Made by a program: the position numbers and the translations under genes. 41,437 bases of DNA from NCBI RefSeq assembly GCF_001194135.2, contig NC_068990.1:48642767-48684203 (forward strand), given 5' to 3'. Below, in pieces: positions 1-12,770 of the stretch (its first letter is position 1; every line of letters starts with the position of its first letter). A model generated the notes under the pieces. The model was not told where the DNA came from. It did not search any database and was given only the letters and a program-made list of their open reading frames with translations. The DNA is from Octopus bimaculoides (Eukaryota).

Positions 1-232
1 CGGGTGGCACATAAAAGACACCATTTCGAGCGTGGCCGTTTTCGTGCAGGTGACACGTAAAAGCACCCACTACACTCTCTGAGTGGTTGGCGTTAGGAAG
101 GGCATCCAGCTGTAGAAACTCTGCCAAATCAGACTGGAGCCTGGTGTTGCCATCCGGTTTCACCAGTCCTCAGTCAAATCGTCCAACCCATGCTAGCATG
201 GAAAGCGGACGTTAAACGATGATGATGATGAT
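1..232 (+). mobile_element. 3' end (3'UTR plus (GAT)n tail) of an RTE-clade LINE or RTE-tailed SINE, cut by the window edge
   Basis: Motif aagcacccactacactc...ttaggaagggcatccagctgtagaaac...acccatgctagcatggaaagcggacgttaaac then (gat)n. It recurs more than 10 times in the window, and the same tail follows the RTE ORF end at 36065-36770. CpGs are retained, suggesting a young copy. Confidence 0.8.
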
Positions 233-1010
233 ACTGCTGTTATGACTTCCATCCCTCATTTTATGCTTCCATCATAGATGGATGATTGATTTGCTAGTGT
301 GTATATATATATATAAATATATCTTGTTATACTTGGGAATGGTCATCTTTAGCCAATTAAGCACATACATTATTTATTTGATCTTCACTTTAGTTTTATT
401 AGCATTATTTTTTTTCAGTTTGTCTGTCAATGTTCTTTCATTACACATCTTGTGACCTCTTCAGTGACTCTGTCCCATGTGTCTTCTCTTACCCTGCCTA
501 TTCTATTTTGCCCTTCTGTGGTATGTATCTCAATCTGTGTATGTATTTATGTCTGTATCTGTGTACATATATGTGTGTGTGTGTCCATGTGTTTACTATG
601 TATGTCCTGTGTACATGTTTATAGATTTGTACATTACACTGTACTCGTGTCTTCTTTTTTCTTCTCATTCTGTGTTTTGTATGTGTATGTCTTGTGTGAG
701 TGTATAAAGATTTGTATGTTTCACTGTTAGTACCCAAGTCATTTATTCATTTTACCTCGTTCCGTATTTAGTCATCAGTTTGTGTAGTGTGGTAGAATGG
801 AAAGGGTGTTATTACTCTGTTCACATTTTCTGTTGAGGTTCGGTCTATTCTCTATTATGTGTGGTCTCTATAATCTGTTTGAGTGTCATGTCTCTTTTAT
901 GCACTGATCAGATCCTAACATCTATGTTGTTAACCCAGCCTCTGTGTTCTAATTGAGCATATTGGTGAATTATGTTCTAATTGAGCAAGGAGGTGAAAAG
1001 CACTGACGAG

Positions 1011-1145
1011 CTTTTCACCTCCTTGAACACCTGCCAGTGTTCACCTATGCTACATGCTGTCTGGTGCAGAAACAGGATAACAATGTACATTGGAGAAACA
1101 GCACATAGCATGCTCTCCAATGCCATTATTTGTTTACCAATTAAT
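1011..1145 (+). mobile_element. Degenerate Penelope-like element GIY-YIG endonuclease fragment
   Basis: Frame starting at 1011 reads LFTSLNTCQCSPMLHAVWCRNRITMYIGETAHSM, resembling the PLE motif FTC.S..V.Y.I.C..C..YIGET. Short and diverged. Confidence 0.45.
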
Positions 1146-1325
1146 AAGGTTTAATAAGGTCTCATGAATTGAAAAAGAGAGTTACATAATGGTTTCATGT
1201 TGATAATCTTGTAGAATTGTAGAGGTAAATTATCAATTGTTGGACATGGCTAAATCAAAAAGTATGGCATGGGCTGTTTGCTACTAGAAACCTGAAAATG
1301 CTATAATCAGCTTTTAGGTTTCCTG

Positions 1326-1329
1326 CACA

Positions 1330-1371
<42 letters not shown>
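1326..1371. repeat. (CA)n microsatellite
   Basis: Directly visible. Confidence 0.95.
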
Positions 1372-1373
<2 letters not shown>

Positions 1374-2130
1374 GTTTATACTTGTTTCAGTTATTGAACT
1401 ATGGTCATGCTAGGACACTGCATTGAAAAGTTTAATCAAAAGAAAACAATCACTCCTGGTACTTTTTCTTTTTTAAAACAGGTACTTATTTTGTTCATCT
1501 CTTTAGCATACTAAACTCTTCCTATGCTGTTCAATGCTATGTTACTTCATTTCCTTGCAAACAAATTAAAAACAAAAATATCATGTGAAATAAACTTACA
1601 TTTATTCACAATAACAAATTTTGAAATAAAATAGATAAGAGCTTTGCTTTGCCTTATACACCTGTTAAATAATAAAATTATTTCCAAGTTATATAGACTC
1701 TCTTTATCACATATATTCTGGTTTAAGAATAAGTAAGTACAGTGTATCCTTGCATATCATATGATTAAAAAGGTTGGCAACAGGAATGGCATCTGGACAA
1801 ACAAAATATTTCCTTAGAGTAACTATCCAACTTATGGTAGTATGGAAAAGGTAACGCAAAATTATAATGATGACAATGATGATACAGATTCTTGAAAGAT
1901 CATCAGTGTACTTTAATAAGCCTTATCTAAATCATCAATATCCATAAATTAATTCCTCTTTACAACTTGATACTGTCTAATCTTCACAAAATTCTATTTG
2001 GTTTTCAAAATGCTCTATATACATTACTGCATGACAATGTATGTGTATTTTGCTTGCTTGACTACATATATTAGTACAATTTTGATCTCTTTTATGTATA
2101 TACATTATATATATATATATATATATATAT

Positions 2131-2292
2131 AAAGCACCCACTACACTCTCGGAGTGCATCCAGTTGTAGAAACTCTGCCAAATCAGATTGGAGCCTGGTG
2201 TAGCCATCTGGTTCACCAGTCCTCAGTCAAATCGTCCAACCCATGCTAGCATGGAAAGCAGACGTTAAACGATGATGATGATGATGATGATG
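2131..2292 (+). mobile_element. 5'-truncated RTE-type tail inserted in a (TA)n tract
   Basis: Nearly identical to 61-232 apart from a 17-bp deletion. Ends in (gat)n and is flanked by (TA)n on both sides. Confidence 0.85.
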
Positions 2293-2973
2293 ATATATAT
2301 ATATATATATTAGTTATGTGTTAATGAACATCTAATATACAATTCATTTGTAAATGAAGTGCCAGGTATTCATATGTTGTCATAAGCTATTGGTGTAATT
2401 CTCATGATACTGATCTGTAGTAGTAAATTCTCAGCCTCTTAGTTTAATTCCCATGTTATTACCAATTTATTTACATTACTAAAACTCATGGGAAATGCAT
2501 AAATGTCAGTAATTTCTGATTTTAGCTAGATACAAGAAACAATTAAATGTTCTTTCTGCGACGGCCATCTCCTCTGAAAAGACTTTAGCTACTGGACAAC
2601 TTCCATTTTAAAAGAGAAAATTGCCTGTTTATCATTAGATGCCTCTATTAAACTGACAAAAATCTAACACATACAATCTTTTTTCCTTGTTTAAAAATGA
2701 AAATGGTAATGCGAAATCAAAACTTGATAATTTTCTCCATGTTTCAGTTTTTCTTCATAATTGCTGTCATCACTGTTAGGAAGTGCATCCTGTGGATATT
2801 TACAACAGGATTTGAAAAGAGCAATTTTGTGGGTGGATGTATGTCAAATAAAGCTAATATCATACATCGAAACCAACATTAAATGTGTGATTTTAGCCAA
2901 TGATTTAAATATTCCCAGGGTCAAAAGCAAGACAGAACTTCTATTCGTTTTAGACACAGGAAATCTTTACAAC

Positions 2974-3000
2974 AATAATAATAATAATAATAATAATAAT
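2974..3000. repeat. (AAT)n microsatellite
   Basis: Directly visible. Confidence 0.95.
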
Positions 3001-4099
3001 TTAATAAAAACACAAATACTGTACATTTAAAATATTTTTCCTGAAAAGAGAAGAATTAAGAGAAGTGTGTCACACACGCACATGTTTGTGCATACACATA
3101 TGCAACACACACACACACAAAGAGAGATGGGTAAAACCATTTGAATGGAAATTAGCTCAATTGTACCAATATTCAGCAGTCGTAAAATGTGATGACATTA
3201 GAGATAAATGTCAAGTTTGGAGTTAAATGTGACATCGTCTCTTCAGTTCACTCTAGCAGAAATAAAAACTGCACTGTTCACCTAAGACAGCTACCTCAAT
3301 TCTGATATTCAATATTTTAACAAAAGATTAAAACAATGGGAGATATTAGAGCCAACCCTCTCAAAACAGTTCAAAATTCAGATATCTTTGAGTATTGTTG
3401 TTGTAAATTATAGTATTGATGATAGAGTTGGTAGTGTGATGTGATTTGATATTTTCAAGCTGCTTTCTCTTTTTAGCTAGTGAAGTGAAAGGAGGCATTA
3501 GAAGTTGATATTTTATCAAGTTACACAACAGACTCCTTTTAGCTCACTGAAAGGCAATTCAGAACAAGAGAAGCCAAAAACAGCAGATGAGATTTAAACA
3601 ATAAAACAAGAAAGTCAATTACCAGACAAACACTGACTATTGAAAAACCAATTTTTATCAAAGGTTCAATATACAAAAACAAAAGAATTTACTGAAATGT
3701 TCAGCTGAGATATAAAAGTAGAAATGTCTAAAAAAAAAAATTAAACTCGCACTTTTTTTTTTCTTCCATAAATGAGAACAGAAATTTATCTTGCTAAAAT
3801 CCATAGAAATTTGTTTAATTGGATCTTGTATGATCAGATAAGCAATCTAAAGGCTTGATAAATGAAGCTACAAGAATATTGTTAAAGTTAAGTATCTTCA
3901 TACACACTGATAGATCAAACAGAAAGTTAGGTTGAAATATTTTCTGCCAAATCAAAACAAAAATATCTTTTTCTTTTAATTACCACAATCAAAATAATGT
4001 GTGTTTTTTTAATGACACTGACATTTTAAAAGTAAACGATAACGTTACTAAAAAAAAAAGGAGATAAGTAAACAGAGACATGGTGTGACAGTCTTCACC

Positions 4100-4400
4100 C
4101 CAACCTAATCATTACAGTTGTTACTTATCACCCCTTCTCTCACCTATTCCCCCATCTTTCACTCCCTCACACACTCTTGCAACTGCTACCCACCCACCCA
4201 CTCCTGGTTCCCTTGTCCCCACTCCCTTCAACTCACCTCATGCTTTGACATCACCACTATTTTAGTTCTTTCCAACTCCACTTGCTCACTCCCACCCTCT
4301 TTTCTAAATGTAAATAGTCATGTAACTCCTCTACAGTAAGAGACAAGATCTGCTCCAGACCCTTCTCTCATACCCACCATCTCCTAGGATAAAGCCTCTC
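4100..4400 (+). mobile_element. Possible degenerate Penelope-like RT-endonuclease linker
   Basis: C-rich island. Translations PSLTYSP...WFPCP...ITTILVLS and RDKICSRPFSHTHHLLG resemble PLE linker motifs (PLVLTYHP, FP.PP, NL.D.LV.S, R.C.TCP). Frameshifted. Confidence 0.35.
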
Positions 4401-4409
4401 CAGGGTTCA

Positions 4410-4612
4410 TAGTCTTGCAAGCTGCATGGTGACCTCACTAGTGCTGGTAGTACAAAAAAAGCACCCAGTACATACTGCACTGTGGTTAGTGTTAGGAAGG
4501 TCTTCTAGCTGTAGAAACTGGAGCACAAAGCAGTCCTTGACCCCATCAGATCCTGTCAAACTGTCCAGCCCATGCCAGCATGGAACACAGACACTTAAAT
4601 GATGATGATAAT
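4410..4612 (+). mobile_element. RTE-type 3' tail, older copy
   Basis: gacctcactagtgctgg...aaaaagcaccc...ttaggaagg...cccatgccagcatggaa...atgatgat. Confidence 0.7.
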
Positions 4613-4999
4613 GATCACAAACACACACACTCATATACACAAACAAAGTAGTGTATCAAAGTGGTTATCGTGATGCATCTAGTACATTAGTAGGGTAAGC
4701 TGTGAGCTGGTCACTTTCCTGCTTTCAGCTTTTTACTGGTGGCTAGCAGTTGAATGTGTTTTTCACTGTCAGTACAGACTTTCTAGTTAAAGCTTCAGAT
4801 AATAATCTCTTGTGGTAACACCACATGGTGAGTGAGTTCCTTTCAATCTAAGCCATACTTATAGGGACTCAGATATAAGATACAGCACATAAACCCACCA
4901 ATGTGTGAAAACATCCATCAGCAAACTCCCAGCTCTGGGTGAAATAGTGGCATTACTCAAGTAGCTACTGCAGTCAACCTGATACCAAACACATTGGTT

Positions 5000-5510
5000 C
5001 TACCTTTCCTTTAGATATTATCAAGAAAGCCATAATGGAAATTCTAACATTTGGGCAACCCAAATTCTCTAGATCTTTGCCCAGGTTAGTTCCCTGGAGA
5101 GGAAATTTCATTTACAAATACAACATGGCGAACAACGGTTACCAGTTACAAACATTTGGAGTTGTTGCTAATGGTGGGAGAAGTTATTAACTATTTTTAT
5201 TACCATATACTGACGACTTCAAACCAAACAGTGTTCAACCAGTAAGGTGGTGTCCTGGTACTGTTCGCTTGCCCTACTGAGTGTTTGAGTGTCGTGGTGG
5301 GAAAATAGGATACTTCCTGATAAGTGAACAGTCATAAACACACTACACAACAACAATGTCAACAGAAAGAGCAAAATACCATTATTCAGAATTGGGTGCT
5401 GGAATGTTCATAGGGTGACAAACAACCTTCAGATTGTTGTCAACAATATTTGTAAAACAGTCACCATAAACATTGAGCACTCCTACGGCTACACCCCAAG
5501 ACATTATTTT
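5000..5510 (+). mobile_element. Possible highly degenerate Penelope-like linker plus GIY-YIG domain
   Basis: Fragments VLVLFACPTECLSVVVGK*..VNSHK (compare VVY...CPC...YVGKT...R.N.HK) and LRLHPK (compare L.TL.P.GLN). Many stops and frameshifts. Confidence 0.3.
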
Positions 5511-7539
5511 AAAGAAACTAAATTGAAAGCAAAATGCATATAAAATTTTCAATCATCTGTAAGGATCTGAACATAAGAACAATAATAATGTAAGACACAA
5601 TGCTATGTAAAACTAAAATGTTGAACTACTGACATCAGACTTCTGAATTTCAGCCTTACTACCAATCCTCTAAGCAGGCACATGATACTATTCATCTTAT
5701 TCTGTTGATTACAAGTTTAATTCCTAGTTATGTACTGAGTGGCTTGTATCAGAGAGAGAGAGAGACAGAGAACACATTCATCTATATAAGCACTTGTAGA
5801 TGTTGGCACAAACAAGTGGTAAAGATGAAAGCTTTGCAAGTATGAGGTTATAGGCTCAATTTCACTGCACAACATCTTGGTCAAAGATCTTTTACTATAG
5901 CCTCAGGTCAACACAAGCCTTGTAAATGAAAATGTGTTGACAAAAACTACATATATATGTGTGTGAATGTATATATCTGCAAGTATTAGCATCATTTATG
6001 CATGTGCCTCTATTTTTTTTAGTGTGTGTGTGTGTGCGTATGTGTGTGTGTATGTGTGTGTCTACATACACACATCTATATTTATATTATACAATTTTTT
6101 CATGACCTCATTTTAAATATCTATACATAGTATACATGTTTTCCAATTGACAAATAGTTAACTATGTTGGCAGGTATATTTAATTAATGTTGTTTAATTT
6201 ACCAACAGGCAATCTTGTGTATTGATATAGTATAATATATATGTCAATATATAAATTTATACAAAACATTTACTGCTCTATACTTTAATAAATTAAATAG
6301 AGATATATAGTGCACTCACCTGGATTATACATGATAATATGTTGGTAATTTAAGTAACAATTAATTAAACACACTTGCCAATATATTTAAGTATGCGTGG
6401 ATTGGAAAGTGTGTATACAGAGTTAAATAAGACCACACAATATAGCAATCATAGTTATAGTACATACATACACACAAATTCACTTATCAAATTTTTGCAA
6501 CCAATAAAAACTTTTATTCAGATTTTTAACTACAACTGTAATTTAGTATTTTAGCATCTACTTTCATCAGTGAAGCTTTCTTACATAAACATCAATATAA
6601 TTTTCTTTACTGGTTGAATAACCTTTGAAGTAAGATTTAAAGTCCCAGTCAAAAGAATATGTCTACACATCAGTCATGCAGCCTGTGGGACTTTCTGAAT
6701 AGCATGCCTCCCTAGAACTCCACTTCAATTTTTTTATTATTAGTGCATACCAGATGTTGCAGCTGTGTAGAATATATATTCTATGGATCCAGCATCTTAA
6801 TACCTTGACATGATGGAAATAAATGGATGTCATTTTCAGATTCAGTATATCAAAAAAAACCACTAGATCAGAACTAAAGTCTTTGACAAAGGAGAAAAAA
6901 AAAATTTTTTTGTTGACCTGTGTTATTTTTTTAATCCATGGATCAACATAAAGTAGTGCTTGAATCCTATAACCCATAGGTCATAGAAGCATCATGTTAT
7001 TAATCTAGGGTAAGTTATATCATTAGAAGTGATCTCTCTCTCAATTTCTCAGCAAACAATCCACAAGTTAATGAAACCTACATCTATTGAATAGGGATGC
7101 CTTTTCTTAAGATGTTCAGTTTTTTTACTCCAAAAGCACTTCTTCGAAGTGAACTGGATGATAAAGTGTTAATTGTCAGTCATATAAACAACACCATCAC
7201 TGATGGCCTATCAATTCACTCACCTGTAACACCTATATCACAGTACTGTGATAAAATCCATTCAAACATTTATTTATGCTGGTTTGAAAAGAAGAAAAAG
7301 AAAAAAAAATTATATTTGACAAACTGAAACAAGAGGTTGAATATGTATTCATCATAAAAAAATAACTGCCACAAAGCACCAACTAGATGTGAATTAGAAC
7401 AGAAATTTATCAATGACCTATTACTTGTCTGTCATAGCTATAACATCAAGAATAGTGTTCTATATGGCAAAGTTAACATTTTCACAAAGAAATTGCTCAA
7501 ACTGAAAATGATTACCTAGCATGTAATTATTTATTTTCC

Positions 7540-7810
7540 AGCCTGTTTCTTATTCTATCAAACTCTTTGCCAAACCACAAAGTTAGAGGGATGTAAACAA
7601 ACCAACACCCATTGCTGAGCAGTGGTGGGAACAAACACAAACATACATCAGGCTTCCACACAGTTTCCATTTAAGAAATTCATTCACAAAGCATTGGTCA
7701 GCTCAGGGCTTTAATAGAAAACATTTGCCCAAGGTGCTGCACAGTGAGTCTGAAGCCTTGAAACCAAGCAGCTGCAAAGGGAGCTTCTTAACCATGCAGG
7801 CACGCCTGCT
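7540..7810 (-). mobile_element. Degenerate composite tRNA-headed SINE
   Basis: Diverged match to the well-preserved copy at 8001-8462. Confidence 0.6.
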
Positions 7811-7814
7811 TTTT

Positions 7815-8267
7815 TCCTAGTGGTGGCCATGTGATTAGAGGTTTGCTTCCCAAACAAATGGTTCCAAGTTCTGTGTCCACTGCATGGAAACTTAGGCAAG
7901 GGTCTTCTAGCACAGCCTTGAGCAACCAAAGCCTTGTGAGTGGCTTTGGTAAACAGAAAATGAAAGGTCTGTTATATATATATATATATATATATATATT
8001 CTCTCTTTTACTCGTTTCAGTCATTTGACTGTGGCCATGCTGGAGCACTGCCTTTAGTCGAGCAAATCGACCCCAGGACTTATTCTTTGTAAGCCTAGTA
8101 CTTATTCTATCGGTCTCTTTTTGCCGAACCGCTAAGTTACGGGGGACGTAAACACACCAGCATTGGTTGTCAAGCGATGGTGGAGGGACAAACACAGACA
8201 CACAAACACACATACATACATATNNNNNNNNNNNNNNNNNNNNNNNNNNNNNNNNNNNNNNNNNNNN

Positions 8268-8298
<31 letters not shown>

Positions 8299-8725
8299 TA
8301 CGACAAGCTTCTTTCAGTTTCCGTCTGCCAAATCCACTCACAAGGCTTTGGTCGGCCTGAGGCTATAGTGGAAGACACTTACCCAAGGTGCCACGCAGTG
8401 GGACTAAACCCAGAACCATGTGATTGGTAAGCAGGCTACTTACCACACAGCCACTGTGCATCTGTGCATGAGTGTATTATTATCTCCATGTCTTGAAAGC
8501 TGTAAATGAATGATAGTTGTAAATGAGTTTCACTGTCAAACAACTGGTATCCTTCATGTCTAATATTCTGTGAAAACATGTCATCATGGGGAAATATTAA
8601 CTTACTTGATAGCATATGAGAGTTGGTGACAGGAAGTGCAACCAGCTGTAAGACAATCTGTCTCAACAAATTCTATCCAACCCATGAGGACATGGAAAAG
8701 TGGACAGTGATGATAATGATAGACA
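7815..8725 (+). mobile_element. Old composite SINE (tRNA head, left arm, microsatellite, RTE-tailed right arm) interrupted by a younger SINE
   Basis: Head and left arm at 7815-7972. Right arm gatagttgtaaatg...gggaaatatt...gacaggaag...ggaaaagtggac...gatgat at about 8465-8725. Same layout as the intact copy at 15295-15740. Confidence 0.65.
8001..8462 (-). mobile_element. Young composite tRNA-derived SINE with an internal (TA)n/(CA)n microsatellite (partly an N gap)
   Basis: On the minus strand: A-box-like tggctgtgtgg, B-box-like gggtttagtccc, then caccttgggtaagtgtcttc, microsatellite, and right arm ending cagtcaaatgactgaaacgagtaaaagag. Many CpGs intact. Confidence 0.9.
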
Positions 8726-8907
8726 GAAAACCCATCAAAATATATGAATTAAATATTCTGATGGGTTTTCTTTTCACGTTCACACACAAAAATACATCAA
8801 AAAAATTTTAAATACACTGTGAAAACTATTTTATTTTGAGAAATTTATTGTTGGAAAATGTTAACTCTGTCATCGAGGACACTGTAAAGCACAAATTCTA
8901 GTCTTAC

Positions 8908-9004
8908 GATAGAAAAGTAGTAGGTATTTGAATCAAATATTCCTTGACCCTGAAAGTTATCTGAACACAAAATTTGACTTTTAATTAAAGAAGACAGACA
9001 CCAT
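8908..9004 (-). CDS. Candidate internal exon of an unidentified gene (WCLSSLIKSQILCSDNFQGQGIFDSNTYYFSI)
   Basis: Acceptor gttgtatttttag, donor ATC|gtaaga, only one open frame (phase 2 to 0). No recognised homology; may be a pseudo-exon. Confidence 0.22.
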
Positions 9005-9173
9005 CTAAAAATACAACTAATGGCTGTTCCTCTAATCTGTCAAGTGACCTCAAGAAGTTTTGATTGAAGTCTAACCAGGAAGCTACAGGCAGTAATTGCA
9101 GCAAAACATAACCCCCAAACAACTTGAGCAATGTCATAGCATAGAATTTATGAATGATTGGAACTTCTCTTAC

Positions 9174-9214
9174 AAATATTGTTTAAAATTGTAACTTAGC
9201 AACATGTCAGCAAA
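9174..9214 (-). CDS. Candidate internal exon (FADMLLSYNFKQY)
   Basis: Acceptor attatttctccag, donor TT|gtaaga, phase 0 to 2, compatible with 8908-9004. Confidence 0.2.
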
Positions 9215-10464
9215 CTGGAGAAATAATTAGAGAACACTGTGCAAAGCAATACTACAAAAATGTTGAAACTAGCTCCATTAAGCATTCTAAGTAATAGATG
9301 ACAAAAATGGTGTTAACACTCAAATTAGGTTAAATATAAATACTAGAAAAATTAAAGTAGGTGGGGGGGGGGGGCCAAGCTGTAAACATAACTTGATTCA
9401 ATCAAACTACATTTGACAATATTAGATAATTAGTTGAAATTATCACAGATAACATGCAAGTAAACTCTTGTTGCTTGGCAACATGACTTGGTGTTAGGAA
9501 CCTTCCCATACAATAATCAAACAAAACTGAAGAATCAGTTCAGTTTTAGAATTTTGTTGTTCATTTTAGAGTTTATTTTACTTTTGGTATTCCTTATATG
9601 AGTTGTACATTTCTATAAGTTTTTAATATCACCACAGCTTTACAACATGACACATTATATCAATACTGTATTTTCTAGCATACAAGTCAATATAGTATAT
9701 ATAGTAAATATATAAACATTGTGACTATTTTTCTAAATCCAACTGCATTTCACATGGAATTTTAGGTCCTCCAAAGTCATCATGGTATCTGAGTCAACTT
9801 ACATTTTTGGCTGTAAATTTTGGTCTGAAAATTTCCATGTGTGCTAGAAAATACAGTAGGTGCAGGTATGGCTGTATGCTTAGGAAGTTTGCTTCCCAAC
9901 TATGTAGTTTCAAGTTCAGTTCCACAATATGGCTTTTTTAGGGCAAGTGTCTTCTACTACAGTCCTGTGACAACCAAAGTCATGGGAATAAATTTAGTAG
10001 ATGGAAACTGAAAGAAGTACATCATATATATGCAAGTATTTGTGTGTTTAATTACATTAGTGTTTCTTTGAAGAATCACTTAACTGTACAATTTAGTCAC
10101 TTCCCTCATCAACAAATCATCTGCTGACTCTAAATCTTCAAAGATGTATAAAGTAAGAGACACCCTTCCTGGAAAAACAGGTATAAGTGACGAGAAGAGA
10201 ATCTGGCTATAAAACAATGCCTCAATAATATATTTGCTTAACCCATGCTAACCTGGAAAAACACAAAAATTAACATACAAACAACAGTACTCAATTTTAA
10301 TGAAGAAATTAAACTTTATTTTATACCAGATCAAAAGAAATATCAAATTCAATTCAACACCACAGGATTTAAACTTTGAGGATTAACCAATGATTTTCTT
10401 TGAACAACTGTTACCAGATGTTATTTCTACTTACATAGCGGCTAGATAAAGTAGATATAAAAGC

Positions 10465-10660
10465 CGGTGTCATGTAAAAAGCACCCAGTTCACTTTGTAA
10501 AGTGACTGGTGCTAGGAAAGGCATGAAGCTGTAGAAACCATGCTAAAACAAACAACTGAAGCCTGGTGCAACCCTCTGGCTTGCCAGCTCCTGTCAAACC
10601 ATCCAGCCCATACCAGCATGGAAAATAGACATTAAATGATGATGATAATGATGATGAAAA
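10465..10660 (+). mobile_element. RTE-type 3' tail
   Basis: gtaaaaagcacccag...aggaaaggcatg...cccataccagcatggaaaa...atgatgat. Confidence 0.7.
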
Positions 10661-11039
10661 GCAGATAATGTTATTCATTCATAAAATATGCACTAGAACA
10701 AAACACAAGCAAATCTATAATTACTTTTTCTGTAGTTATATCCTTAGGTAGGATTAGAGAGTTTTTCTCAGTTGCACACTGTTATGGAAATTGAAGAAGA
10801 TAGATTTTGATCATTATCGGAATAAATTTGAACTACCTTGGTTTTAATTATATCTCTAATGATACTCTGTGCATTATTATTTGATATTCATTTGTTAGAA
10901 ACAAATTATGAGCATGGATTATTTACATAATATTGGAAGTTTAGAATTAAACATTGTGTCAAATTAGTACTTTTGACTAAGTAGTTAATATTATAAATTG
11001 TTGCTTTCTTATTGCAATCAAATTTCATATTATCATCAA

Positions 11040-11301
11040 CATCATTGTTTTAACTTCAATGCTTGCATAGAGCAGATGAGAGTACTTTGGAGCAGCTTTC
11101 TACAGCTGGATGTCCTTCCTGTTACCAACTTTCATGTTTCCAGGTGAGACAATCTCCTAGTCTATCAAATAACAAGCAGCCTGGACATGCTTACACAATG
11201 AACCAGAAACAAGCAACACCAAAATAAACCTTTTAATTACGATGAACACATACCAAGAAGCCTAGACATACTTTTGATGTACACACACCCATATACATAT
11301 G

Positions 11302-11347
<46 letters not shown>

Positions 11348-11530
11348 NNNNNNNNNNNNNNNNNNATAGTGTGTGTGCGTGCATGCGTGTGTGATGATAA
11401 GCTTCTTTCAATTTCCATCTAGTAAATCCACTCACAAGGCTTTGTTATAAAACACACTTACCCTAGTAGAACTGCATGCAATGGAATTGAACCTGAAATC
11501 ATCTGAAGCAAACTTCTTAACACCACACCA
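11040..11530 (-). mobile_element. Degenerate composite SINE with RTE-tailed right arm and an internal (TA)n/N gap
   Basis: Reverse-complement tail (ggatgtccttcctgttaccaac), microsatellite, aaatccactcacaaggcttt, and head remnant. Confidence 0.6.
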
Positions 11531-12770
11531 TCTATACCTATCCATATATTAAATACAAAGTATGTTTAGAATGAACTCTCTTTGCATTACCAAGTTTATT
11601 TATTTTCATTTCATGAAAGCACTTTTTTTTATTAACCTTTCTAGATTTAACATAAATTTCTGAAACTTTAAAATACTTCACAATTAGTTTGTTTACTACC
11701 TGTAACTTAGGTAAGGTTAGAATGACTTTGTATGTCCAGATATTTATATGAATTTTTGGATGCACATTCTAATGCCAATCAATCAACTACGAACTTCTTT
11801 TAAGTCATGTTGATGAAGCCATTGATAGAAATGTGCTTCGTTATTGAATAAAATAAAAAACTTAACACGAAGTTGCAACTATGACCTGAAGCTTATAAGT
11901 CTAGCACTTCAACAAAGTTCTGAGCAATTCCAGTACTTCAGGCACACAATCATATATGTGAACAGTATTTCTAGATTTCCTGCAGGAATTTAAAGAATAA
12001 TAGTTCTGAATGATATAAACATGAAAAGGTTAATTTAAAATATGTATAAGAAGTCAACTACACATGAGTCAATGCCACCAATTAATATCAATGTTTCATA
12101 ATTATTCAGTGGTGTCTGTTCTATAGAATATTATTAGGTAATTAAAGTGACATCTTAGCTGCTACTTATGATCAAACTCATATGTTTGTGTATGTTTCTT
12201 TTGTGAAGTGTTAAATATTACTTGCACTACAGATAAATTACCAGAACACAAAAAGATTTATCAATAGGTGATCATTTCAATATTTGCATGAAATGTTGGC
12301 ACAGGTGTTTACACAAATTCATTTAGTCTCTAACGGTAGCCACTCAAATGTTATTTTCAATTACATAAAATCAACCAAATAGAATAAAGAAATTTTCTCA
12401 GAAGAAACAAAACACTAGATTAACTTTGTTGGTAGGTTAAGAGTTCAATACTCAATATACAACCTTTGTTGTTTGTAACAGATAAATACTTTTACAACAC
12501 AACACATATATACATGTCTGTGTTTCTAAACAGGAGCAGTACAAAAAACGCATTTTTTCTTTTATTAAAGAATAGAAAAACACAATACAAACTAAGTCTA
12601 ACTAGATTTAAGTCAAAATATTTTCTAAGGAGACAAGACATGGAAATATGAACAAAAATAATCATTCTCATACAGGTCTTTGGTAGATTTTAAATATTCA
12701 TTTCTATTAAAAATTTACACCAAGTTGTAGATATTCTTTAGATTGAGAATATTTGTAAAGACAAAGTTAC

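Noticed and set aside
430-737. Four overlapping ORFs of 64-92 aa
   Set aside because: Degenerate TG/TA-rich low-complexity DNA giving C/V/Y/M or H/T/I repeats; not credible proteins.
986-1025. CTGACGA in the hairpin loop as a hammerhead core
   Set aside because: GAAA lies just upstream with no room for stems I and III, so the topology is incompatible.
6663-7278. ORF 6663-6977 joined to a MFEWILSQYCDIGVT start exon as a gene or iGluR M4 region
   Set aside because: No hydrophobic M4 helix, the ORF runs into a hAT-MITE fragment near 6671-6710, and the similarity is at chance level.
7788-8430. 196-aa ORF and overlapping ORFs
   Set aside because: They read through SINEs, (TA)n and an N gap.
11808-11860. 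ttgatgaag...gaaatgtg followed by aataaa as a hammerhead relic
   Set aside because: The core C is missing, and stem II and stem I cannot be formed convincingly.
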